Below are positions 43,701-50,458 of a stretch of DNA of 64,000 nt, in pieces. This stretch comes from Burkholderiaceae bacterium (lineage in GTDB: Bacteria > Pseudomonadota > Gammaproteobacteria > Burkholderiales > Burkholderiaceae_C). Location: the NCBI GenBank assembly GCA_913776825.1, contig CAJYPV010000009.1:5357-69356 (forward strand), in the 5' to 3' direction. The notes beneath the pieces were generated by a model. The model was not told the origin of the DNA, did no database searches, and worked only from the letters and a program-made list of their open reading frames with translations. The translations under genes were made by a program, and so were the position numbers. Within the stretch, counting starts at the first letter, position 1; each line of letters starts with the position of its first letter.

Positions 43701-44080
43701 GCCTGACCCTGCGCCGTCATCCGCTCGCCTTGCTGCGGCCCTGGTTGCGCGAGCAGCGCTGGATGAGCGCGGCGGAGCTGGCGTCCTCACCCGACGGCCG
43801 ACCGGTGCGCGGCTGCGGCATCGTCACCGTCAAGCAGCAGCCGGCGACGGCCAAGGGCACGATCTTCATTTCGCTGGAGGATGAGAGCGGCGACATCCAG
43901 GTCATCGTGCATCGCACCCTGTGGCAGCGCCAACGCCAGGTGATGCTGCAGGCCCGGCTGCTCGGCGTGCGCGGCCGCTGGCAATGCAAGGGCGAAGTGC
44001 GCAACCTGATCGCCGGCCATCTGGAAGACCTGACCCCATTGCTGGGTCGATTGAAAACCGACAGCCGCGATTTCCACTGA
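40715..44080 (+). CDS. dnaE2: Error-prone DNA polymerase III alpha-type subunit DnaE2
   Basis: 1121 aa with a PHP domain (YAELRCISNFSFLQGAS) and polymerase core (GRGSAANSVVCY, PDIDIDFEHERREEVIQY). It has the third position in the cassette. Confidence 0.95.
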   Translation: MAIYPPTPAGPPAVPDPSRAARPGPMSDAGAGLDAPAAQDAALPAYAELRCISNFSFLQGASWPEELVERALALGYEALALTDECTMAGMVRAHVAAKAKGLKLLVGSQFQIQGEWPFTLVVLVCNLNGYGNLCQLISRLRRSSEKGTYHCTLDDIGPQALDDCVVIACPDRHAGPAQLLALSRWLLSRFIGRCWLGVDLPRRLDDEVRLLRLREVHALTEIPLVAVGDVLMHVRSRKPLQDVLTATRLGQPLTDCGQALERNAERHLRHRQRLAACFPPDLLAETLRVAAACEFSLDELRYRYPSEVVPDGQTPSSHLRRLTYEGAGRRWPDGIPASVSEQIERELSLIEDLRYEHYFLTVADIVQFARSQGILCQGRGSAANSVVCYCNGVTEVDPSRLQVLFERFISKERNEPPDIDIDFEHERREEVIQYLYRKYTRERAALAAVVISYRVKSALRDVGKALGFDLESLETLCSNHQWWDGDEIDAERLREVGLDLNDLAVRQLLSLTRELLGFPRHLSQHPGGFVLTQGPLTRMVPVENASMPDRTVIEWDKDDLDAVGLLKVDVLGLGMLTAIRKTLDLISQRQRYPFEVQDIPKEDAETYRMIQRADTIGVFQIESRAQRSMLPRLKPRQFYDLVIEVAIVRPGPIQGGMVHPYLQRRQQLEPVVYPSEALKGVLERTLGVPVFQEQVMQIAMVAAGFSGGEADDLRRSMAAWKRKGGLQKYYDKIVDGMTSRGYDKAFALQIFEQIKGFSEYGFPESHAASFALLVYSSCWLKCHRPAEFLAGMLNSQPLGFYSPSQLMQDARRHGVIVRPPDVMHSDWDCTLEREDGRIIRGTPRGPAALTSEGASDATSNHATDRATDRDDPIQPTDAQQDPDGARPVAVRLGLRLVKGLQRQSAERICAERQRGPFNDAEDLARRTGLNQQQMTMLASGDALASISGHRRQQMWDAAAQHAPPPLLRQAPVQEDFLELPQAPEGEEIVFDYASLGLTLRRHPLALLRPWLREQRWMSAAELASSPDGRPVRGCGIVTVKQQPATAKGTIFISLEDESGDIQVIVHRTLWQRQRQVMLQARLLGVRGRWQCKGEVRNLIAGHLEDLTPLLGRLKTDSRDFH

Positions 44081-44197
44081 ACGTCGCAAGACACCCTGCT
44101 GGCGGAAGCGGTCCATCGACGGCGACCTCGAACAGGCAGACCGATGCGCACACTGATCCCGCATCGTTTCAAAACGCTTCGACACCCGGTGGACCTC

Positions 44198-44908
44198 ATG
44201 CCGAACACATCCAGCCCCTACAGCGTTCCGTACAGCGGCTTTGACGCCTTCAGCCGGTCGGAAGATCCAGCCGACATGGAGCTCGATTACGGCGAACACT
44301 GCCTCACCGGCGAGCAGCACGCGATCGCCTTGTTCGAGCCGCCCCTGCCGACCGAGCCCAAAGCCTGCGTGGATTTCATCCGCGACTGCCAGGCCTTTCT
44401 GTATCGGTTTGGCGACTACATGCACATCTACACGCCTCATCCCACCGACCTCCTCCAGCACCGCGAAATGTTCCAGGCGCGCTGCCACCACCTCGAGTCA
44501 TTCGCCTCATCCACGACCTCTGCGGAATGGGCTCAGACGTGCGCCCGCGAGGCCCGGTCCCTGGTGGCGTCGATGGTCTTCCGCTTTGGCTATCCCAAGG
44601 GGGCGTTGCACCCGAAGGAAGACCTCGCCTGCCCTCCAGGCAACGTGGTCGAAATGCTGAGCTGGCTCGCCCGCAGCAACGAGCGAGAACGAGCCAGCGA
44701 GATCGAACTGTCCGACCCGGACGCGATGCCCAAAGCGAGGGCGCTCTTCGAAAAGGCGTGCAAACCACCTGACGGATGGCGCGCCTCGCCGGATGACTTC
44801 GACGCCGAAACCAGCCCTACCCCGGACACGCTGATCGAGGCCGCTCGACAAAAGCGCCCCTTCGACGAACTCCGTCGACGGGCCTGGGTCAGGGACTATT
44901 ACTTCTGA
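44198..44908 (+). CDS. Hypothetical protein, paralog 1 of a tandem pair (no family recognised)
   Basis: Part of track ORF 44144..44908. The start at ATG 44198 (MPNTSSPY) was chosen because it gives the same 36-residue spacing to the first conserved Cys as in paralog 2. Coding status is supported by amino-acid-level paralogy with 45014..45697. Confidence 0.7.
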   Translation: MPNTSSPYSVPYSGFDAFSRSEDPADMELDYGEHCLTGEQHAIALFEPPLPTEPKACVDFIRDCQAFLYRFGDYMHIYTPHPTDLLQHREMFQARCHHLESFASSTTSAEWAQTCAREARSLVASMVFRFGYPKGALHPKEDLACPPGNVVEMLSWLARSNERERASEIELSDPDAMPKARALFEKACKPPDGWRASPDDFDAETSPTPDTLIEAARQKRPFDELRRRAWVRDYYF

Positions 44909-45013
44909 TCGTCGACAGCCCGGTTTCAAGGCGCGTTCAATCCTCTCCCCCCACCTGGCCGGAACGGCGTGAGGCCCCACGCCACGGATCCGCCCGCCAC
45001 CTCTGGAGCCGCC

Positions 45014-45697
45014 ATGTTCCAACCCGCCAACCCGCATCTCCTCAGGTACCGTCACCATGAGGCGCAGCATTGCAGCCATGATCCCGAGGACATCGTGTTC
45101 CGCTACAGCGACAGCTGCCTTTCCGCGGAAAAGGACGCGGCGCTCACGCTGTTCAAGCCGCCATTGCCCGAGGCCCCGGCCGCTTGTGTGCATGTCGTCG
45201 ACGACTGTCTGCACTATCTGCGCCGGTATGAATCGATCACCGATTCCGGCATCTCCCAGGAACTGCTGGCCCGCTGCGGCCATCTGAAGACCCTGGCGCA
45301 AGCGACGACCGATCCCCACATGGCGCAGGCCTGTGCCAAGGAAGCCCGATCGCTGGTGGCCTCGCTGGTGTTTCGTTTCGGTGACACCGACGATTGGCTG
45401 CGGCCGAAGGCCTGCCGGACGCGCCCGGGCAACGTGGTCGAAATGATGGATCGCCTCTGCCATCTCGGCCTGCACCCGAATCCAAAGCCGCGAGAGATTC
45501 CACTAGACGACCCGCAGGCGATGCAGAAGATGTCGGCGCTGTTCGACAAGACCTTCATGCCGCCCGAAGGGTGGGACGCCCCGCGCGCCCCGAACCCGCG
45601 GCTGGAAGGCCCCAGCCCGGACGCCCTGATCGAGGCCGCTCAGCAAGACCGGCCGTTCGACGAGATCCGTCGATCGGCCTGGACCCGGCTGTACTGA
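45014..45697 (+). CDS. Hypothetical protein, paralog 2 of a tandem pair (no family recognised)
   Basis: Part of track ORF 44969..45697. Start at ATG 45014 (MFQPANPH), with GGAG 6 nt upstream. Shares the blocks CAKEARSLVASLVFRFG, PGNVVEM and LIEAAQQDRPFDEIRR with paralog 1. Confidence 0.7.
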   Translation: MFQPANPHLLRYRHHEAQHCSHDPEDIVFRYSDSCLSAEKDAALTLFKPPLPEAPAACVHVVDDCLHYLRRYESITDSGISQELLARCGHLKTLAQATTDPHMAQACAKEARSLVASLVFRFGDTDDWLRPKACRTRPGNVVEMMDRLCHLGLHPNPKPREIPLDDPQAMQKMSALFDKTFMPPEGWDAPRAPNPRLEGPSPDALIEAAQQDRPFDEIRRSAWTRLY

Positions 45698-45735
45698 TCA
45701 CTCATTCGAGAGGCCGGTCGCCGCCGCCTTGCGCA

Positions 45736-45769
45736 CGACCGGGCCACGGCCCTGCCGTGCGCCCGGTCG
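45736..45769 (+). terminator. GC-rich compound hairpin after paralog 2 (terminator-like, no U-tract)
   Basis: CGACCGGG-C-CACGGC-CCT-GCCGTG-CG-CCCGGTCG lies 39 nt after the stop at 45697. Confidence 0.35.
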
Positions 45770-45780
45770 CGACGCGAATC

Positions 45781-45844
45781 AGCGGATCAGCGGATCAATG
45801 GATTAGTGGATCAGTGGATCAGTGGATCAGTGGATCAGCGGATC
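45781..45844. repeat. Octanucleotide tandem array (AGYGGATC) x 8
   Basis: Units are agcggatc, agcggatc, aatggatt, agtggatc x4, agcggatc. Degenerate units continue to about 45880, and seven of the eight units carry GATC. Confidence 0.88.
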
Positions 45845-45859
45845 AGCAGTGCAGCGCGA

Positions 45860-45931
45860 TCAGCGGAACAGCGCGATCAGGATGATGATCGGAATCGGCA
45901 CGCCGAGCATGTAGAGCAGGATGGATCGCAT
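45860..45931 (-). CDS. 23-aa hydrophobic micro-protein (MRSILLYMLGVPIPIIILIALFR)
   Basis: Below the ORF-track size cutoff. AAGGAGA lies 5 nt upstream of the ATG (complement of 45929-45931), 26 nt downstream of the stop of the preceding same-strand gene. It is one predicted TM helix with a TGA stop. Confidence 0.5.
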   Translation of the reverse strand: MRSILLYMLGVPIPIIILIALFR

Positions 45932-45956
45932 CAGAGTCTCCTTGAAGGGGTGAAGA

Positions 45957-46979
45957 TCAAGCCACCTGGTCGCGCTGGCGACCGCCGACCGTGGCCAGCC
46001 AGCTGGCCGAGAACGCACCGATCAGCAAGGCGACGAACATCCAGAGCGCCGTCTGCAACGCCACCTTGCGCGCCGCATCGGCCGCTTCGCGGGCCTTGGT
46101 TTCCGCCGCCTGCAGCTCGCCACGGGCGCGGTTCAGGCCGTCGGTGACGCGCTTCTCGGCCTCTGCCTGCGACAGGCCGGTGCGCTGCGCCACGATGGCG
46201 CCGGCTTGACGGGTGTCTTCCGCCGACAAGGTCCCGCCCTGACGCAGCGAGCGCGCCAGGATTCGGGCCAGTTCCGACTGCGTCGCCGCCGTGCTGACAT
46301 CCGGCGTGCTGCGCAGCGTGTTCGGATTCGGCGCCACTGCCGTGCCATTCACCATGGCCGGTGCCGTCGCCGCGCTCGCTGCGGGATCACGTCGCAGCAT
46401 GCCGTCGATGAAATAACCGAGATCCTGGAATTCGCCCTGGCCCGAAGCACCGCTCGCGCCCAGGCCTGACTCGGACGAACCGTCCTTCGCCGGCAGGCCG
46501 CTCGCCATCGCACCCGCTCCCGCCGCGCCGCCGCCGGCGACCACCGCCGCCGCCTGCGTGCCGATCCGGGCAATGCCGGCCACCGACGCACCCAACACCG
46601 CCGCGGTGACCAGCGTGGCCACCGCCCAGGTCAGCAGCCCGTGTGCGGTATCGCGGAAATGCACTTCATCGGCCGCCGTGTCACGCCAGCGCACCCGCAG
46701 ACGACCGGCCAGATAACCGCCAAGGCCGGACGCCGCAATCTGCGTCAGCGCCAGCCAGACGATGCCGGTCACGCCCATCGCGGTCGCACCGATGCCCTGC
46801 CCGGCCCACGGCGAGGTCGCCGACAAGCCGAGTCCGGCGCCCAGCAGCAACAGGATCAGCGACAAGGCCGCCGCCGCCGCTGCCCCCGCCAGAATCGCCG
46901 CCCATGAGACTGCGGACGGCGTGCTCGGCGCACGCGCGCCGCTCGCCTCACCGCCATACCAGGCTTCGTTGGACACCAT
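45957..46979 (-). CDS. Hypothetical membrane protein (N-terminal TM bundle, Ala/Gly-rich linker, C-terminal TM)
   Basis: Start MVSNEAWYGGE (ATG 46979), with GGGAGA upstream. TM segments include WAAILAGAAAAAALSLILLLLGAGLGL and ALWMFVALLIGAFSASWLA. No family recognised. Confidence 0.7.
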   Translation of the reverse strand: MVSNEAWYGGEASGARAPSTPSAVSWAAILAGAAAAAALSLILLLLGAGLGLSATSPWAGQGIGATAMGVTGIVWLALTQIAASGLGGYLAGRLRVRWRDTAADEVHFRDTAHGLLTWAVATLVTAAVLGASVAGIARIGTQAAAVVAGGGAAGAGAMASGLPAKDGSSESGLGASGASGQGEFQDLGYFIDGMLRRDPAASAATAPAMVNGTAVAPNPNTLRSTPDVSTAATQSELARILARSLRQGGTLSAEDTRQAGAIVAQRTGLSQAEAEKRVTDGLNRARGELQAAETKAREAADAARKVALQTALWMFVALLIGAFSASWLATVGGRQRDQVA

Positions 46980-47127
46980 CACCGTCTCCCTTGCAGTTGG
47001 TCTGACCACGACATGGCAAACCGCGCACCTGAGCGTTCGGTCCCGACATCCTGCGCCGGTTGCGCTCAGCGGGATCGATTGCCTCGATCTCCCGGCACGC
47101 GCTGACCGCGCCGGTTGCGCCGAAGCT

Positions 47128-47141
47128 GTAACGCGCGTTAC
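47128..47141. promoter_or_regulatory. Perfect 14-bp palindrome GTAACGCGCGTTAC in a divergent control region
   Basis: About 50 nt upstream of ATG 47190. The same region holds a 13-bp direct repeat, GCGCCGGTTGCGC, at 47053-47065 and 47108-47120. Confidence 0.35.
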
Positions 47142-47189
47142 GCCACCCTGGTGTCACGACAGCAGGGTCGCGCGCACAATCGCTCGCCG

Positions 47190-48653
47190 ATGGCTCCTTC
47201 AATTGCTCTCGTCAGTCCGGTGCGCCGCGTCCTCCTCAGCGCCACGGGCCTTCAGATCGACGACGCCCCCGCGCTGCGCAGCCGCCTGTTGCCGCGTCTG
47301 CTGGGCGCGTTGCTGCAGGCCCATGAACACGGCCTCGCCCGTCCGGACAGCGCCTGCACCCGCGCCGACCTCTGCGCGCGGATGGTCGGCATGGCCGAGC
47401 TGCACCGCACCCAGGTGTGGCGAGCGCTGGCGCTGCTGCAACACAGCCCGCTCGATGGACTGATCGCCGCCCATGCGCGCAGCGGCGGTCCGTTCTGGCT
47501 GGACGCCGATCGCCTGGCAGAACTTCGCTTCGAGCTGGACGACGGCCGGCCCGCCGAAGGGCCGGCACTGGCGGACTGGCTGGGGCAACAGCGCGATGTC
47601 GCACCGCGCGTCGCCACCGCCCTGTTGCCGCTGGCCTATGCGGAAGCACTGGCCCGTGCCGATTACCTGCTCGACCGAGGCGAGCTCTATCCCGCGCGGC
47701 TGGCCTTGCAGCAGGCGCTGCCGCATGTGCCGCCGCAGGATCTGGTGGCGGCCGCCGCGCTGGCGCTGCGACGGGCGCGCATCGCGCGGCGGCTCGGCGA
47801 CTGGGCCGCCTTGCAGGACGAGTTGCGGGAACTCGGCCAGACCGTCAACGACAGCCGCCTGCCCGCGCCCGAGCGGCAACCGCTGCGCGCGCGCCTGGCT
47901 ATCCTGAGCGCATGGCATTGGTACGGCAGCCTGGGACAGCCGGCCGCGGCGCTGGCGAAGCTCGACGAGATCCCGACCGCCGCACTGAACCAGGATCCGA
48001 CGCTGCGGGGCGACCACGGCAATCTGCGTGGCATCGTGCTGCGGGAACTGGCAGTGAGCCGAGGCGATGCGGGGCTGGCGCGGGCCGCCATCGACAGCCT
48101 GGGCGATGCGCTGCGGGCCGCCTCGCTGGCCGGCCTGCCGGATGCGCTGCAGGTGTGCGCGGCCAATCTGTCCAACACGCTCGGCCAACTGGCGGAAGCC
48201 GGACTGTTGCCGGTCGATGGCCCCGCCGTGCCGGAAGCGCTGCGCTGGTTGCTGCTCAGCGACGCGATCTGCACCCGCTGGCAGGTGGGCCGCAGTTCGC
48301 TGCTCAACACCATCTTCCTGCTGCGGCTGGCGACCCTGGGCGGCTTGCGCTTCGATGCGCTGCAGCGGCTCGCCGCCGAGCAGGGCCTGCCGCTGCCCGG
48401 CGAGTCGTATGCGGCCTTGGCGGCGCAGCGCTGGGCGGCGTGTCGGGCGCGGCAATCCCAGATTCCCGCCGACCAGCGCTGCGCCTTCCTGCTGCTGTGG
48501 GCCCGCCATGCGCTGGACGAGGGCGATGCCTTCAGCGCGACCGACCTGATCCGCCAGGCCCGGCTGCAGATGCGCAAGCTGCGCGACGAGCAGGCGCGCC
48601 GTCGCTATCAAGCCGAGGCCGATGCGCTGAGCCCGCATCAACAACAGGCCTGA
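47190..48653 (+). CDS. Hypothetical protein, possible wHTH N-terminus plus helical-repeat (TPR-like) body
   Basis: Start MAPSIALVSP (ATG 47190), with high GC3 and CTG/GCC/CGC-rich codon use. The N-terminal pattern (RSRLLPRLLGALL...TRADLCARM...VWRALALL) recalls BTAD/SARP-type winged helices. This is weak, by-eye evidence. Confidence 0.62.
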   Translation: MAPSIALVSPVRRVLLSATGLQIDDAPALRSRLLPRLLGALLQAHEHGLARPDSACTRADLCARMVGMAELHRTQVWRALALLQHSPLDGLIAAHARSGGPFWLDADRLAELRFELDDGRPAEGPALADWLGQQRDVAPRVATALLPLAYAEALARADYLLDRGELYPARLALQQALPHVPPQDLVAAAALALRRARIARRLGDWAALQDELRELGQTVNDSRLPAPERQPLRARLAILSAWHWYGSLGQPAAALAKLDEIPTAALNQDPTLRGDHGNLRGIVLRELAVSRGDAGLARAAIDSLGDALRAASLAGLPDALQVCAANLSNTLGQLAEAGLLPVDGPAVPEALRWLLLSDAICTRWQVGRSSLLNTIFLLRLATLGGLRFDALQRLAAEQGLPLPGESYAALAAQRWAACRARQSQIPADQRCAFLLLWARHALDEGDAFSATDLIRQARLQMRKLRDEQARRRYQAEADALSPHQQQA

Positions 48654-48741
48654 GCCGCAACCGGCGTAACGCGATTTCGCGCGCCGCTCAGGCGGCCGAC
48701 TCCCGACACTGGCCTCGTCATCCACTTCCTGAGCGACCACC

Positions 48742-49650
48742 ATGAACGCTGGCTCCCTCGCCCGCCAGGGCCTCCTGATCGCAAGCCTGATGCTGAGCGC
48801 CTGCCGGGCCGCGAGCGCACAACCCGCCCCACCGGCTGAATCCCAGGTGCGGGCGCCAGCGGCGGCCATCGCCGCCCACAGCGCAGCGCCGCTGATCCCC
48901 GCCGCCGAGCGCGAGCGCTGGGAAAACCGGCCGCAATGGCAGCGCCGCTTCACCGACCTGAAGACCGAGGGCACGCTGGTGATGCTGGACACCCGCCAGC
49001 ATCGCTGGATGGCCTCCGATCCGCGTCGGGCCTTCGAGGGCTTCCTGCCGGCGTCGACCTTCAAGATTCCGATGTCGCTGATCGCGGTCGAAACCGGCGT
49101 GGCCAAGGACGACACCGCCGCGTTCGCCTGGGACGGCAAGCGTCGCTCGCAAGCGGCCTGGAATCAGGACCAGACCCTCGCCTCCGCCTATCGGGTCTCG
49201 GCCGTCTGGGTGTTCCAGCATCTGGCGCGGCAGGTCGGTCAGAGCACGGTGCAGCAATTCCTCAACGACTTCCGCTACGGCAACGCCGTTGCCGGTCCGG
49301 TCGGGGACACCTTCTGGCTGGAAGGCCAGTTGCGGATTTCCGCGGTGGGTCAGATCGATTTCCTGCGTCGTCTGCATGACCGCGCGCTGCCGCTGTCCGA
49401 CCGCACCTACGACATCGCCCGACGGGTGATGCTGCGCGATGAAGGACCGGGCTGGAAGATCTTCGCCAAGACCGGCTGGGCGGCCGATGCGTCGCCGGCC
49501 ATCGGCTGGTTCGTCGGCTGGATCGAGCAGGACCAGGATCCGCGTCCGGTCTACTTCGCGCTCAACATAAACATGGCACGGGAAGACCTGGCGCCGCAGC
49601 GGGAAGTGATCGTCAAGAAGACCTTGAGCGAGCTCGGCCTGCTGCCGTGA
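48742..49650 (+). CDS. Class D (OXA-type) beta-lactamase, probable lipoprotein
   Basis: All class D boxes are present: STFK, SAV (SxV), YGN, KTG and WFVGW. The N-terminal lipobox is LMLSAC. Confidence 0.9.
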   Translation: MNAGSLARQGLLIASLMLSACRAASAQPAPPAESQVRAPAAAIAAHSAAPLIPAAERERWENRPQWQRRFTDLKTEGTLVMLDTRQHRWMASDPRRAFEGFLPASTFKIPMSLIAVETGVAKDDTAAFAWDGKRRSQAAWNQDQTLASAYRVSAVWVFQHLARQVGQSTVQQFLNDFRYGNAVAGPVGDTFWLEGQLRISAVGQIDFLRRLHDRALPLSDRTYDIARRVMLRDEGPGWKIFAKTGWAADASPAIGWFVGWIEQDQDPRPVYFALNINMAREDLAPQREVIVKKTLSELGLLP

Positions 49651-49725
49651 CGCGGCGCGATGGGGCGGCGCTCGATCCACCGAATGCAGCCGCCGATCAC
49701 GGCTGAGCGCCGTGAGGCGCGACGC

Positions 49726-50172
49726 TCATGACGCGTCCCCGCGCGGCGTGACGACGACCGACTCGGCCGAGGCCTCGAACGGGCCGTGATAGACCGCCTC
49801 GATGTTGTTGCCGTCCGGGTCGAGCGCGAAGGCGGCGTAGTAGCCGGGGTGATAGGACCGCTCGCCGGGCGCGCCGTTGTCCCGGCCGCCCGCCGCGAGC
49901 ACCGCGCGGTGGAAGGCCTGGACCTGCGCCGGATGCTTCGCACGAAAGGCCAGATGCACCCGGGACACCATCGGCGCGGCGTCGGTCCCGTCGGCGGGCG
50001 GATCGGCGGCGTCGATCCAGAGCTCGTCCGCCGAGAAATACGTGGCGGCCTCATGAATCGCCTCCTCCCGGCCCAACGACGCCAGCGCTGCGCGATAGAA
50101 GCGCTTGCTGGCGTCCAGGTCCCGCACCCGCAGGTGCAGATGGTCGATCAGACGGCCGAAATGATGCGACAT
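49726..50172 (-). CDS. VOC (glyoxalase fold) family protein
   Basis: Reads MSHHFGRLIDHLHLRVRDLDASKRFY...ALDPDGNNIEAVYH, with GGAGG upstream. Confidence 0.8.
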   Translation of the reverse strand: MSHHFGRLIDHLHLRVRDLDASKRFYRAALASLGREEAIHEAATYFSADELWIDAADPPADGTDAAPMVSRVHLAFRAKHPAQVQAFHRAVLAAGGRDNGAPGERSYHPGYYAAFALDPDGNNIEAVYHGPFEASAESVVVTPRGDAS

Positions 50173-50458
50173 AGGTCCTCCGAGCGGTCGAGTGAAGGGT
50201 GGGAATCAGCGGCTCCCGACCTGCCGATGCGCGCCGAGCGCCCAGCTCGGTTCAACGCGGTTGGCCTGCGACTCGAGAGCGGCTGGAAGGCGGGCAGACG
50301 GGATGCCTGACAGCACGAGCTGACGGCCGACCGGCACCGCCGCAGGGGCGCGGCAGATGGTCGATACTCGGCGCTCCCCGTCCGGGCCGCCGGCCGCGTC
50401 TCTTGCCAGATCGGCGCGGCGCCCACCGTGTTTTTTCGGAAACCGTCAGGTGTTGACC

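Noticed and set aside
40691-43720. 1009-aa minus-strand ORF opposite dnaE2
   Set aside because: Shadow ORF. DnaE2 motifs (PHP domain, polymerase core) are on the plus strand, and the antisense product is low-complexity and Arg/Gln/Ala-rich.
44507-45475. 322-aa minus-strand ORF spanning the 3' half of paralog 1, the gap and the 5' part of paralog 2
   Set aside because: Protein-level paralogy, including conserved Cys and motif blocks, exists only in the plus-strand frames. The antisense ORF crosses the intergenic gap and has shadow-ORF composition.
45394-45885. 163-aa plus-strand ORF reading through the octamer array (ISGSADQWISGSVDQW...)
   Set aside because: The repetitive peptide is an artefact of translating an 8-bp repeat. 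The ORF overlaps the paralog 2 3' end in another frame and has no SD.
47199-49139. 646-aa minus-strand ORF opposite the wHTH/TPR-like gene and the 5' part of the beta-lactamase gene
   Set aside because: It overlaps the firmly identified class D beta-lactamase on the other strand. Plus-strand codon usage (CTG/GCC/CGC, high GC3) is the coding one.
48742-49650. Class D fold as the sensor domain of a BlaR1/MecR1-type signal transducer
   Set aside because: The protein is only 302 aa, with a lipoprotein signal and no N-terminal polytopic or zinc-protease domain.
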